From a virus (lineage: Duplodnaviria > Caudoviricetes), in the IMG/VR virus record IMGVR_UViG_3300009488_000001, positions 1-55,140 of that record: a DNA stretch of 55,140 nt; one strand, 5' to 3'. The notes beneath the pieces are model-generated. The model made no database searches and had not been told where the DNA came from. It saw nothing but the letters and a program-made list of their open reading frames with translations. The translations under genes and the position numbers were made by a program. Position 1 is the first letter of the stretch, and every line of letters starts with the position of its first letter. This document shows, one piece after another, positions 29,392 through 38,977 of the stretch.

Positions 29392-30025
29392 CTTCTTTGG
29401 GTTTTTTAGTGTGTGCCTCGATTAAATTCTTTTCGAGGTTTAAAAAATATAATAATTTTACCCTCTCGCTGTATTGTTGCGGTGTCTGCAAATAAACACG
29501 ATTAACTTTATCTAAGAATGTATATTCCTTTTGTGGCTCAGGCGTTTTGTTATTTGGGTTTTCCTCTGGGAATATCTCTATAAACTTGTCATACCTTCTC
29601 TCTATCTCTTTATCTAATCGCTTGACATCTCCAGCGGTTTTTATTTCATGTCCCGTAAGCTTTTTAACTGATTCCAGATATTTATCCAATCGGTTATTAT
29701 GTTTTTTATATTTTCTATTGGCCCAATTTAATAACGATATTGAGCGAGGAATAAAACTCATATTAACAGCTATTCCAGCTCTTGCAATTTTTAATTCTAA
29801 GTTTTTGCCCCTTATTATCTCCTTCTCTTTTTCATGTCTCAGATTATCGCTGCTATCACCACCATTAATTTTATCAACTATTTCCCTCGTCAATTTTTCT
29901 CTTTCTTCCGCCCACCATTTAATAGGAAATGGATTGTACCATTTTTTCAAATGACTGGCACTGTCTTTTTTTTCTTCGAGCTTGAAGACATTTAATAGCC
30001 TAATATCATAAATGGTTTTTATCAT
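29378..30025 (-). CDS. Hypothetical protein, possible tail assembly chaperone
   Basis: Immediately upstream of the tape measure gene. Confidence 0.45.
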   Translation of the reverse strand: MIKTIYDIRLLNVFKLEEKKDSASHLKKWYNPFPIKWWAEEREKLTREIVDKINGGDSSDNLRHEKEKEIIRGKNLELKIARAGIAVNMSFIPRSISLLNWANRKYKKHNNRLDKYLESVKKLTGHEIKTAGDVKRLDKEIERRYDKFIEIFPEENPNNKTPEPQKEYTFLDKVNRVYLQTPQQYSERVKLLYFLNLEKNLIEAHTKKPKEDAGD

Positions 30026-30459
30026 CTGAAAACTGCTCTTTTATAACTTTGTCCTATTACTTTGTTTGTTAATCCTCTCGCCTCTAGTTGGTCTTTTTTG
30101 GGTATTCCAAAAATCGGTTTCCCATAATCATCCTGTAATATGTTTGTTTTCTCGTCATCGCTACCTATCAAATATTTAGGAAAATTAATATCTAAAAACA
30201 TGCTCCTTTGAAACTCCCCACTTAAAAATAAGTCTGGTTTTGGTTTATTTTGTGCTTTTGCATATGCCGGTGTTAATAATATTGATTTTGTTGATTGATG
30301 CACCAGCGCATTATCTTTAGAATCTCGACTAAGCAACATTTGTTCCCGGTTAATATCAATAATCTGATTATCTACCGACATTATCGCCTTTTCAACATTT
30401 ACAGCGATATTATTAACCCACTGTTGCGATCTTTTTGCTATGTTCTTTATCTGTCCCAT
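30022..30459 (-). CDS. Neck/tail-completion-like protein
   Basis: DINREQM, Y...K, DLFLSGEF..SM, IFGI pattern of morphogenesis proteins. Confidence 0.55.
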   Translation of the reverse strand: MGQIKNIAKRSQQWVNNIAVNVEKAIMSVDNQIIDINREQMLLSRDSKDNALVHQSTKSILLTPAYAKAQNKPKPDLFLSGEFQRSMFLDINFPKYLIGSDDEKTNILQDDYGKPIFGIPKKDQLEARGLTNKVIGQSYKRAVFR

Positions 30460-30835
30460 TAAACTTTTTAATCAATTTTCCAATAAATGATTCAGGTTTG
30501 TTTTTAACCTGGTTAATTCTGTCTGCCTCTTTCATAAACTTACTCAACATCTTATTAATAGTCATCCCTTTTTCTACATAGCTTTTCCCGGTCTTATTAA
30601 CAAGTTGTTCTATTTCATCAAGAGTAACAGAACTATTCATTGATGCTCTTAATATTTTTAATTCAAGTACTCCTTTGTCAAACGGCTGTTTAAATATTCG
30701 TTTAATTTTAACGGATATCTTCACTAATTGCCTTCTGACTTTTCGCGGCACAATATTAAGGGATGCCATTGTATCTGACTTTTCACGTTCTTTTAAACGT
30801 GATTCTATTCCTAATACTATTTCTGTGTTTGCCAT
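30413..30835 (-). CDS. Hypothetical protein (start uncertain)
   Basis: Basic ORF following the terminator at 30.85 kb. Confidence 0.4.
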   Translation of the reverse strand: MANTEIVLGIESRLKEREKSDTMASLNIVPRKVRRQLVKISVKIKRIFKQPFDKGVLELKILRASMNSSVTLDEIEQLVNKTGKSYVEKGMTINKMLSKFMKEADRINQVKNKPESFIGKLIKKFNGTDKEHSKKIATVG

Positions 30836-30841
30836 ATGATA

Positions 30842-30869
30842 AAAATAAAGGGGGTTATTCGCCCCCTCT
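30842..30869 (-). terminator. Intrinsic terminator after the major tail gene
   Basis: Minus strand AGAGGGGG-cgaataa-CCCCCTTT-ATTTTT. Confidence 0.75.
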
Positions 30870-30872
30870 GTT

Positions 30873-31040
30873 TTATTTTGTAGAAGGTAGCTCGCCACCT
30901 ATTTTTACAAAAACATCTTCGGGCTTTCTTTTATCCCCTAATTTAACTAAATGCTTTTTAAATTTATCAAAAGGCATTTTAGCGCAACATTGACCAATAC
31001 TGATCTTGTTTTTGTCTTTAATTCTCTTTATTTTCTCCAT
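30873..31040 (-). CDS. 55-aa basic protein after the major tail protein
   Basis: Hand-translated MEKIKRIK...GGELPSTK; start overlaps the upstream stop. Confidence 0.55.
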   Translation of the reverse strand: MEKIKRIKDKNKISIGQCCAKMPFDKFKKHLVKLGDKRKPEDVFVKIGGELPSTK

Positions 31041-31933
31041 TATGGCTGTGCTTTAATTAAATTAGAAGCATAAATATAATAAGTCACATCGTCATCAGTT
31101 GCCTGAATATCCGCATATTCAAGTAATACAAAAGGTACCGGAGTAGTGCCGATATCTTTTTCAACGGTTAAATCATATTCTCCAAATCCTATCTCTGTAG
31201 CTGCGGTTACGCCTGGGTCGCTGGCATTAGTTTTGATGATAGTAAAATCTGTTGCGGTGAGTCCCAATAGAGGCGTTCCGCTTCCTCTTTTCAATACCTT
31301 AACGCGAATTATTCCTGTTCCTATAATATATGGAACTGTAATTGTTTGAGATAATCCCACAGGAACAAGCATTCGTATATCATCAACGCTTTGCTCTGAG
31401 TCCGCAGATACAAGGTTTTCAAATTCCCTAATTGAAGAGAAGAACACAAATATTTTATAAGACTGCTGTTTGGTATCTGCCATCGGCAAATTGCGTCTTA
31501 TATAAATCTTACCTCTCAATCCCTTGATGGTTCCATCTGATTTCATCGTTCCGATACGGGTACCGTCTTTTAACTGTAAGGGAAAATCAAATGATTGAGC
31601 ATCAATTTGAAGTAGTGCTTGTTGTTCTGCAAGCGAAACTTGCAAATATCCTACTAATTGAGGAAGTGGATTATCGGTTATTTCACTGATACCTAAATTG
31701 CTTTCCTCAACAACTGGATCGGCGGTATTGTTTTCATAGCCTCTTCGAATATCAAGAACATTTCCTGACATTCCAGTTGCTATGGCTGCGAGTATTTCAT
31801 GTAATTTTGTCTCTGAAATAAATTCAGCATCCGTAAATACTGTACCGATATCGGTAGCAATAAGAGCGGCGACCTTATCCCATAATTTCTCGCATGAGTC
31901 GAGTCCTGTCCAGACTACTGGTTTGCATCCCAT
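31040..31933 (-). CDS. Major tail (tube) protein
   Basis: 297 aa after the head-tail joining genes, followed by a terminator; Ig-like C-terminus. Confidence 0.65.
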   Translation of the reverse strand: MGCKPVVWTGLDSCEKLWDKVAALIATDIGTVFTDAEFISETKLHEILAAIATGMSGNVLDIRRGYENNTADPVVEESNLGISEITDNPLPQLVGYLQVSLAEQQALLQIDAQSFDFPLQLKDGTRIGTMKSDGTIKGLRGKIYIRRNLPMADTKQQSYKIFVFFSSIREFENLVSADSEQSVDDIRMLVPVGLSQTITVPYIIGTGIIRVKVLKRGSGTPLLGLTATDFTIIKTNASDPGVTAATEIGFGEYDLTVEKDIGTTPVPFVLLEYADIQATDDDVTYYIYASNLIKAQP

Positions 31934-31937
31934 AATA

Positions 31938-32474
31938 TTAACATTTTACTATATTTATCAATAAATCATTTACTTTAAATTTAAGAGCGTCCAAAGGATC
32001 ATTTAATACCTGTTTTTGTGAGCCTTGAACCGATTGCGTTCCCCAATAAGGAAATAATTCAGATCGTGGATTAACCTCTTGTATGCCGAGGCTGCTGACA
32101 AATTTAGAGTTTATAATCTCTTTTTTTAAGAGACTATAAATAGGATAAATAATACCTTTAAACTTCTGATCAAATCGATCCTGTGTTGACATTGTTTTAG
32201 TAGTCTTTCCAACTATCCAAATATTAGCCGATACAGAATATTGCTGATCGTTTACGGTTGTTTCTGAGTATTCAGGGTCAATTCCAAGTATTACCAATGG
32301 GTATTTTTCAAATTTTCCTGCTGGTGATTTATCCCGGCTCATTAGTTCGTCGGCTATTGCCTGGTAGTGACCGTAACGATAATAAGGTTCCTTATTATTC
32401 GCTGTGTCATATAAGGCTCTGACCTTAGCAACTATACCACCAAAAACTTCGGCAAAAATCTCTGAATCAATCAT
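31938..32474 (-). CDS. Tail terminator / head-tail joining protein
   Basis: Synteny; YGH...KYPLV.L...R....FK..IYPIY. Confidence 0.55.
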   Translation of the reverse strand: MIDSEIFAEVFGGIVAKVRALYDTANNKEPYYRYGHYQAIADELMSRDKSPAGKFEKYPLVILGIDPEYSETTVNDQQYSVSANIWIVGKTTKTMSTQDRFDQKFKGIIYPIYSLLKKEIINSKFVSSLGIQEVNPRSELFPYWGTQSVQGSQKQVLNDPLDALKFKVNDLLINIVKC

Positions 32475-33049
32475 ATTCCCATAAAATTTACTTGTTCTTT
32501 AATCTGAAACACCCATTCTGGATATGTGTCTTTATGTTCATACATGAAATTATAACAGCTTGGAATATTGCCCGGCTGTGAAACTTGTCCATATAATTTA
32601 ATCATATCAAAATAGGCTTTATATGCTTTTGCCCCGAAACCAACATTTTTAGCGTTTTCCATATTGGAGGCTGCGCCCCCTACATTTGTAACTGTTGATT
32701 CATTTTCACGACAAAACCAATAAAACACCCAGTAAGCGTTCAGTGATTTTTTTTCAGCATTAATAAGACCATTCCATTTTACCGCGATATCATTCCCTGA
32801 TGGATTTATAAACCCACAATTTGAGCCATCTACTGTGTATTCTTTTCCCACTACTATATCCTGGATTCTTTGCGTAGAACTTCCGGGATTTTCAGTATCA
32901 AATGCCAATACTTCAGTGCCTAGCTCATAACCAAACAAATCAAATACAACATCAGGCTCGTATCTATCAATATAAGACTGTATTGTATCATCATCATTTG
33001 CAGGGATGTTAATCTCCTTAATAAGATATGAATCGTCTATCAAACTCAT
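32471..33049 (-). CDS. Head-tail adaptor protein
   Basis: Synteny after the capsid; LIDDSY...I.IP...YI..YEP...W.GL. Confidence 0.6.
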   Translation of the reverse strand: MSLIDDSYLIKEINIPANDDDTIQSYIDRYEPDVVFDLFGYELGTEVLAFDTENPGSSTQRIQDIVVGKEYTVDGSNCGFINPSGNDIAVKWNGLINAEKKSLNAYWVFYWFCRENESTVTNVGGAASNMENAKNVGFGAKAYKAYFDMIKLYGQVSQPGNIPSCYNFMYEHKDTYPEWVFQIKEQVNFMGI

Positions 33050-33321
33050 TATTCAAGTTCTTTTAACTTCTTGTTATATGCCTTAACAACTGTTTTTCTT
33101 TCATCGTCTTTAAATTTCTCTAAAGATTCAATTGTTGTACATAGTTGTATTTCCTCGATAACCTTTCCGGCTGTCGGAATAACAGGGACGGGATTAACCG
33201 CCTCCTGTTTATCTTCAATAAAAGCATCTAATTCCTCGTTGGTAATTTCCAGCTTTTTGCAAATTAACTCAACAGCTTTTCGATGCCTTCTTTCTTTTTT
33301 AATATTTATCATTCGTTCCAA
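33049..33321 (-). CDS. Small head-module protein
   Basis: 90 aa ending ERKTVVKAYNKKLKELE, typical of post-capsid small proteins. Confidence 0.55.
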   Translation of the reverse strand: MERMINIKKERRHRKAVELICKKLEITNEELDAFIEDKQEAVNPVPVIPTAGKVIEEIQLCTTIESLEKFKDDERKTVVKAYNKKLKELE

Positions 33322-33743
33322 ACTTTAAACTTTTGAAAATCGATAGTAGTAGTCCCCGTTCCGGTTCCTGTAAGCTCAGTTTTATAAAACCGATACCTGT
33401 TTAGAATAATATTACTAATCGTTTCTGTCGCTGTCCCATCGGTAGAATTAACTGTAGAACCGATTTGCGTCCACGAATCATCAGAAAATTTTTTCCCGAA
33501 AAGTTTAATAGCAATGTTAGTATGATTTCCTGCAAGAGAATCAAGGCTGACCTGATAATCCTGTGTTGCCGGAATTCCCCTCGCAGCATCCCATTGGAAC
33601 CACATTACCGTTGTATTGGTTAATATATAATTAGTATTAATTGTTTTAAAGTTTTTACTCGCTTTAATTCCAAACGTTGCTTGTTGTCCACTGGCTGCAA
33701 ATGCTACAAATGCTATAACCAGAATTAATAGAAACTTTTTCAT
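33309..33743 (-). CDS. Putative head decoration protein with signal peptide
   Basis: MKKFLLILVIAFVAFAASG|Q; beta-rich; paralogous to the N-terminal domain of 33745-34740. Confidence 0.55.
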   Translation of the reverse strand: MKKFLLILVIAFVAFAASGQQATFGIKASKNFKTINTNYILTNTTVMWFQWDAARGIPATQDYQVSLDSLAGNHTNIAIKLFGKKFSDDSWTQIGSTVNSTDGTATETISNIILNRYRFYKTELTGTGTGTTTIDFQKFKVWNE

Positions 33744-33744
33744 A

Positions 33745-34740
33745 TTAGTTTCCTATTGGTGACATTATTACCCAAAGAGCACCATCATAAACAACAGTCA
33801 CAACTTGCGCTGAACGTATATCATTTGCCGAAATAGCTCCTTTTGCTCCATTGTATTTATTAATGGCTAAAGCACCGGCACCATCTACATCTAATGTAGC
33901 TGCACCTGTATTTGCCGATTCTGCAATAAATGTAACCATCGTACCTTCAGATACTGTCACGTCAGTAGTAAAGTCAATCGTTATAGCATCGGCAGTTCCA
34001 GCTACGGCAGTGGCATCAGCAAAGTTATATGTTGATGATTGCGCTAATCCTGTTACATTAAGTGTACCAGCAACAACAGTATTACCAGTAGCGCCAGCAA
34101 CCGTAAACTTATCAGTGTTTATGGTTATATCTGAAGTAGCACTACCGATCAAATCATCACCAGCACCGAGCGTTACGCCTCCGTTTGCTGTAATTAGTCC
34201 CGAGGCTGTAATAGCGGCAGCAGTTGTCGTCCCGGTCACTCCGAGAGTTCCACCAACTGTAACATTTCCACTATAAGCAGCACTGCCGGCAGCAAATTCA
34301 CCCCCGGTATTCCACGTTTTAATTTCAATTCCGGATACTAATGTCTGTTGGGTAGTCCCTGAAGCTGTAAATAAGATTTTTATAAATCTATACTCCTTTA
34401 CAGTATCAACTGGATAATTAAAATCCGTAGCTGTCCATGTTGCTGCAGCACCAATATCAGCATAAGTATCATCGGCAAACTTTTTACCTGAAACCTGAAC
34501 TACTACACTAGGTGTACCACTAACATCCGTTAGGTCAATCCAAATATCGTAAACCTGAGAATTAGGCTGTTTATTGGTTATCTCTATCCAATAAGTCTCA
34601 CTCTCATTTATCGTATCCGAGGCGTCAAGCGTAACATCTACATAATTTTTGTCCGGCTTGATTATCTCCGATCTATTCTGCGCAAGCCCTGTTACTCCGA
34701 ACAGGAACATTGCAAATAAAATATAAATATATCTCATCAT
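33745..34740 (-). CDS. Putative head fibre/decoration protein with signal peptide
   Basis: Start moved to ATG 34740, just after the capsid stop; MMRYIYILFAMFLFGVTGLA|Q; G/T/A-rich fibre repeats; NTGAATL.VDG.GA tip domain. Confidence 0.65.
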   Translation of the reverse strand: MMRYIYILFAMFLFGVTGLAQNRSEIIKPDKNYVDVTLDASDTINESETYWIEITNKQPNSQVYDIWIDLTDVSGTPSVVVQVSGKKFADDTYADIGAAATWTATDFNYPVDTVKEYRFIKILFTASGTTQQTLVSGIEIKTWNTGGEFAAGSAAYSGNVTVGGTLGVTGTTTAAAITASGLITANGGVTLGAGDDLIGSATSDITINTDKFTVAGATGNTVVAGTLNVTGLAQSSTYNFADATAVAGTADAITIDFTTDVTVSEGTMVTFIAESANTGAATLDVDGAGALAINKYNGAKGAISANDIRSAQVVTVVYDGALWVIMSPIGN

Positions 34741-34741
34741 C

Positions 34742-36097
34742 TTATTGTCCAGAATCATTAATTGCTTCAACATCGGTAGCGATATCATCGGAATAAATAA
34801 TTGCTGCCTTATCCCTAACACCAAATGCCAAACGAATTTTAATAACAACAGTTTTTTGACCTTCTGTTAAATCAGTTCCGTTAAACCCAATCTCCATAGT
34901 CATATCCTTACGGCTACCTATGATTAATTGCTTTTGTTCTGATACTGAAAGGGTATTCACTGCCTGAGCAGTTGAGGGGATTATGCGCATTCCAAAAACA
35001 AATGCAGGATTTCCCAATGTATCCCACTTAACGCGGCGATCCAATACCGAATTATCGTTAGCATCTTTCAAAGAAGCCATATTATCAATATCGGTTGGAT
35101 GCATAGATACAACATTGGGACGGTATTTGTTCGCCTCACATTGTAATTTAGCCTTTGAAATAAGATCGATAATATTTGCGCCTTCAACAGTATCGGTAAA
35201 CGTAGCTGTTGCAAAATCGGTGTGATTATTGGCAGTATAAAGACCTGCAATATCAGTAGTTCCGTTTCCGGTAGTGCCTAATATTTTAGTATCTATCTGA
35301 TCCAATATCTTATCCGGTGCGGTGATTGCGATTTCATCCATTACCTCGTCGAGGTCGTCCAATGTTTCATCAGAAAGGGTGAAATAAGTTGCAAGATAAA
35401 ACGCTTTGTATTCGATTGTCTTAAGTAAGAAACTTGACTTACTTGAGGCTGCACCTTCTGTTTTTGTTCCTGCACCATCTTCGTAACTGTAAACAACCAA
35501 TACAGACATGTTGGCTTTCTTAATGCCTTTCTTAGGCATCCAGTCCATTACATGTGGATAAATTGTCAAAGGAATACCAACGCGGTTAGGATCAAGTTCA
35601 GTAAGGCGAACTAAATTCACCTCACTCTGTACAATATTCGACTGAAGCATATCAACAGCCGCCTTGATTGTAAATGTTGGCGATTTTTGATTTCCTTTGT
35701 TAAACCACTCGATCAGCGATAACCTTTTACCGCAATCATCATCTTTCTCAGTTAAGAAAGTTTCTGATTTTTCCATGATGGAAGCACGAACCGCATCCTT
35801 GAAAGATAATGGCTTTTCATCTTGTTTTTTGCCATTCTCCTTCATCGCAGCAAGTTCAGTTCCCTGTGTATCCAGTGCTTTATTTGCCTCTGTAAGATCT
35901 GTTTTTAAAGTATCAACAACGTCTTTCAGCGCTTTCATTTCGTCATTGGAAAGATTGTCGGCTATCGTTTTATTGATATCTGCTATCTCCTTATCCAAAT
36001 CAGCTTTTGTAATAACCCCTTTCGTAGAGTTGTCAACTAATGCCTTAATTCTGGGTTCGAGTCCTTCTATTAACTCTTTTCTTTCTTTCTCGTCCAT
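34742..36097 (-). CDS. Major capsid protein (HK97 fold with N-terminal scaffold domain)
   Basis: 451 aa; coiled-coil N-terminus, EGAA, SDETLDD, GNGT...G, MHPTD...LKDAN, RLAFGVR...A. Confidence 0.93.
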   Translation of the reverse strand: MDEKERKELIEGLEPRIKALVDNSTKGVITKADLDKEIADINKTIADNLSNDEMKALKDVVDTLKTDLTEANKALDTQGTELAAMKENGKKQDEKPLSFKDAVRASIMEKSETFLTEKDDDCGKRLSLIEWFNKGNQKSPTFTIKAAVDMLQSNIVQSEVNLVRLTELDPNRVGIPLTIYPHVMDWMPKKGIKKANMSVLVVYSYEDGAGTKTEGAASSKSSFLLKTIEYKAFYLATYFTLSDETLDDLDEVMDEIAITAPDKILDQIDTKILGTTGNGTTDIAGLYTANNHTDFATATFTDTVEGANIIDLISKAKLQCEANKYRPNVVSMHPTDIDNMASLKDANDNSVLDRRVKWDTLGNPAFVFGMRIIPSTAQAVNTLSVSEQKQLIIGSRKDMTMEIGFNGTDLTEGQKTVVIKIRLAFGVRDKAAIIYSDDIATDVEAINDSGQ

Positions 36098-36100
36098 AAT

Positions 36101-37075
36101 TTACGAATTTAAAAAATTTGTTTCGTTTAATAATTCATTCCATGTTTTTTGAGTGCCTTCGGGCGGCTCATTATCTTTCCCAGTGCCTTCGGGCGGCTGG
36201 TGTTTCATTTGCTGTGTAACAATGGCTTTACATCCAGGGCATTCTACATATCCCATCCCCGATTCCTTGACAGATAAATAGTCAAATTCATTACTGCATT
36301 GCTGACATATTACATCATTTGATTTTGATTCATTGTCAAGTTGCCCGGTTGCGTGATTACTTCCAAATAAGACTAAACTGCTTTCGAACACGTTTTTGGC
36401 CTGTTTTATTCCCCAGAAATATAATATATCATTTTCAAAATCATCTTTGTTGGCTATGAGCTTTATAAGTTCGTCATAATTATCTTTATATTTAACATCT
36501 TCTTTTTCTTCACTATCCAATGCAAAAACGATATCAACATATTGCATCCTAACACTCGCCTCTATAGCGTCTCCACTGTCTAGCCATGCTTTTGCCTCTA
36601 CATTTATAATTTTATCTTTTCTAACCTTATATATCAAAACTTCAGTATCGCCATCGTAAGGCTTTCCTATCAAACTAAATGGCACAATGGCAGTAAACAT
36701 TTGTACGTGTTCTTTTCTTGCAATTGTTGCAAGCAATTCTAGTCGGTGATCTGCTACTAGGTAATTTTTACCCTGCCTGTCTGTTATGGTTTTATTCCAC
36801 AATCCATCAATGTGCAAATCAGAATGCGCATCTAGTATTCTAGTTGAATTTACGGCTATATAATAGTAATTATCATCAAAAGTTATCCCTTTTGTTTGAG
36901 TGCTTAACTTTGAATAGTCAAGGGATTTTGCTGTTATGCCTAATCCTTTCTTGCAGGATTTTAATATACTAGCTTTCTTTTCGGCTATTATGATATCCTT
37001 ATTATCTCGCAGGGCTTTGAACATCTCTGGCTTAGAGGTGAACGTCCGATTTAATTCTTTGCAAAAATATTTCAT
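36101..37075 (-). CDS. Prohead protease with zinc ribbon
   Basis: Between portal and capsid; DAHSD.H, DH, SVRMQY, ESSLVLFGSN; CxxC..CxxC; duplicated PPEGT. Confidence 0.7.
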   Translation of the reverse strand: MKYFCKELNRTFTSKPEMFKALRDNKDIIIAEKKASILKSCKKGLGITAKSLDYSKLSTQTKGITFDDNYYYIAVNSTRILDAHSDLHIDGLWNKTITDRQGKNYLVADHRLELLATIARKEHVQMFTAIVPFSLIGKPYDGDTEVLIYKVRKDKIINVEAKAWLDSGDAIEASVRMQYVDIVFALDSEEKEDVKYKDNYDELIKLIANKDDFENDILYFWGIKQAKNVFESSLVLFGSNHATGQLDNESKSNDVICQQCSNEFDYLSVKESGMGYVECPGCKAIVTQQMKHQPPEGTGKDNEPPEGTQKTWNELLNETNFLNS

Positions 37076-37165
37076 AGCCTTTATTTTAAAACAATATCCC
37101 TATTGTTGACTTTCTTTAATTTATCTCTTCTCAACTTTTCAATCTCTTTTTTTGTCAACTTCTTT

Positions 37166-38536
37166 TTATTCTTCGCCTCCATTTTGATTGATTTTATTTG
37201 TTTTTTCCCACTGAAATTTATAAACATCGCCATTATCGACTGATGGCTGCTCTATCAATGATAAATATGTATTTAACCATATTACATTATTGTTATATGC
37301 AGCCTCGGCAGTTCTCCCATTCAGTCCTAATGCAATAGCTTTGTCTTTGAATGCATCAGCAAGAGCCGGGATATGATCCCATTTGGTCTTAACCTGAAAC
37401 CCGTATTTGAAAGTATCCAATCTAAATGACCAATAATCATCCTCGTCACTTGTCATTGGGATTGTGGTATCTTGATATAGCCGCCTTACTGATTGGATTT
37501 GGTTTTCATAGGTTGCGCCCTCTATATGAGTTTTAATTAGTTCTGGAGGCACCCCCATTTCATTACCTACCAATATTGAGTTATTGCTGAACTCTTTGTA
37601 TATGCCTATTTTGCCACTATCCAGTGCGGTGTTATGCACTTCTAATGGAAGCTCCGATAGAAGAAATGGTTTTTGTCCTCTGGCTAATCCATAATTTTTC
37701 TTATATGCCGCATCCATCTCGCCCTTTTCGGTCGGGGTTAATCGCACTTGGCCTGTTCCATCTTTTTTGCCAGATGAAATAATTATCTGAGTCCCCCTAG
37801 TTGCCAATATGGTATTCATCGCCTCGAAGCATAATTGAATATTGCTTATAGGCTTCTTGAGTACCTCCAACTTAGATATCCCCATTATTGTCGGCGAATC
37901 ACTTGAAAAGTTTACTTCGTTAAAATGGAGTATGATATTTGGATCGAAATGGGCAACCGGGTTACGATCGGTTAATGCGTAGTCGCTTATAATTCCTTCG
38001 ACGGTTGTTTGGCTATATAATTTACCTGTTTGCTTTACGCTTATGAATTGTGACGGGAGATTGTATAATGCCTGGATATTAAGTAAGTCTATTTTTTTAT
38101 CCTTCCCAATTGGCAGAACTGCCTTTACGTAGCTATTCCCAAATACTTTTAAATAAAATGTCTTTTGAAAATAAAATTCTTTTGCTGATTGAAGGGGATT
38201 TGGTCTTAATGCCAGTAGCTCGTATGCTTTTTGTATTCCGGGTTTATTCTCAGTCCACGGTATTTCTTCACCTGTATTAACGTCGATTGCCACCTTTCGT
38301 CCATTACTTGATGAACTTGCTAATAAGTTAATGGCGGCTTTAACGACTGGATTTTCACGCGCAGCCTTTTCAAAGTGCTCAGGCTTACTTAATGCTATCC
38401 ATGCGGGTTTATCTGCGTAGAATTGAGGATTACCGAACGCATCCGTAGTATTATAGTTGAAAGAACTAGCACTTTGAGCGGCTTTTAACCGTACAAGCCC
38501 AACATATGATAATGTATTATCTAGCCATGTCGACAT
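37166..38536 (-). CDS. Portal protein (HK97 family)
   Basis: RPNPLQS..EF, FGNSY, ILHF, GISKL, GVPPELI, TYEN. Confidence 0.92.
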   Translation of the reverse strand: MSTWLDNTLSYVGLVRLKAAQSASSFNYNTTDAFGNPQFYADKPAWIALSKPEHFEKAARENPVVKAAINLLASSSSNGRKVAIDVNTGEEIPWTENKPGIQKAYELLALRPNPLQSAKEFYFQKTFYLKVFGNSYVKAVLPIGKDKKIDLLNIQALYNLPSQFISVKQTGKLYSQTTVEGIISDYALTDRNPVAHFDPNIILHFNEVNFSSDSPTIMGISKLEVLKKPISNIQLCFEAMNTILATRGTQIIISSGKKDGTGQVRLTPTEKGEMDAAYKKNYGLARGQKPFLLSELPLEVHNTALDSGKIGIYKEFSNNSILVGNEMGVPPELIKTHIEGATYENQIQSVRRLYQDTTIPMTSDEDDYWSFRLDTFKYGFQVKTKWDHIPALADAFKDKAIALGLNGRTAEAAYNNNVIWLNTYLSLIEQPSVDNGDVYKFQWEKTNKINQNGGEE

Positions 38537-38583
38537 ATATTTGCAAATATATTTATTACAAATATATAATAAATTTAATTATA

Positions 38584-38595
38584 TGACAAATATCA
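38584..38595. promoter_or_regulatory. FNR/CRP-like box upstream of the portal gene (non-standard spacing)
   Basis: TGACAAATATCA; nearby TATATTTG (-) elements at 38566 and 38551 are not at the 23-bp spacing. Confidence 0.45.
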
Positions 38596-38686
38596 TTGTT
38601 TTTATGAATTATTTTTTGATAGAATATTGGAGTGCATAAAAACCCGACTATTTTAGAGCCGGGCCTGTTGGAATGATTTGTTTAAA

Positions 38687-38941
38687 TTACTTTATTGGGG
38701 CAGATCCACAAGCACCTTTTTTCTTTCCCTTAACGTCCTCTGGCGTTAGATTAGGTTTAATTATCTCAATTCGACCCTCATCGAACCATCGTCCTTCTTT
38801 GAAATCGTAATCTTTATTGTTCTCGCAGCTGGGCTGCAATAAGTATTGATCACATCCTGTTAGGTATTCAGAATAGCCAGTTATTACGCCTCTAAACCCA
38901 GTGATTTTGTCTTTTGCTTCATTCCCTAATGTAAATTGCAT
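38687..38941 (-). CDS. Conserved small phage protein
   Basis: LG..AKDKITGF.G.ITG..EYLTGC.QY.LQP...WFDE.R. Confidence 0.75.
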   Translation of the reverse strand: MQFTLGNEAKDKITGFRGVITGYSEYLTGCDQYLLQPSCENNKDYDFKEGRWFDEGRIEIIKPNLTPEDVKGKKKGACGSAPIK

Positions 38942-38977
38942 AATTAATAATTTTATATTAGTGCATAATTGCCATTT

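Noticed and set aside
34741-34848. Track start of the 367-aa ORF inside the capsid gene
   Set aside because: ATG 34740 just after the capsid stop gives a clean signal peptide; the upstream extension overlaps the capsid gene.
36153-36198. 16-bp direct repeat GTGCCTTCGGGCGGCT
   Set aside because: A coding duplication (PPEGT twice) in the protease linker; no sign of a separate function.
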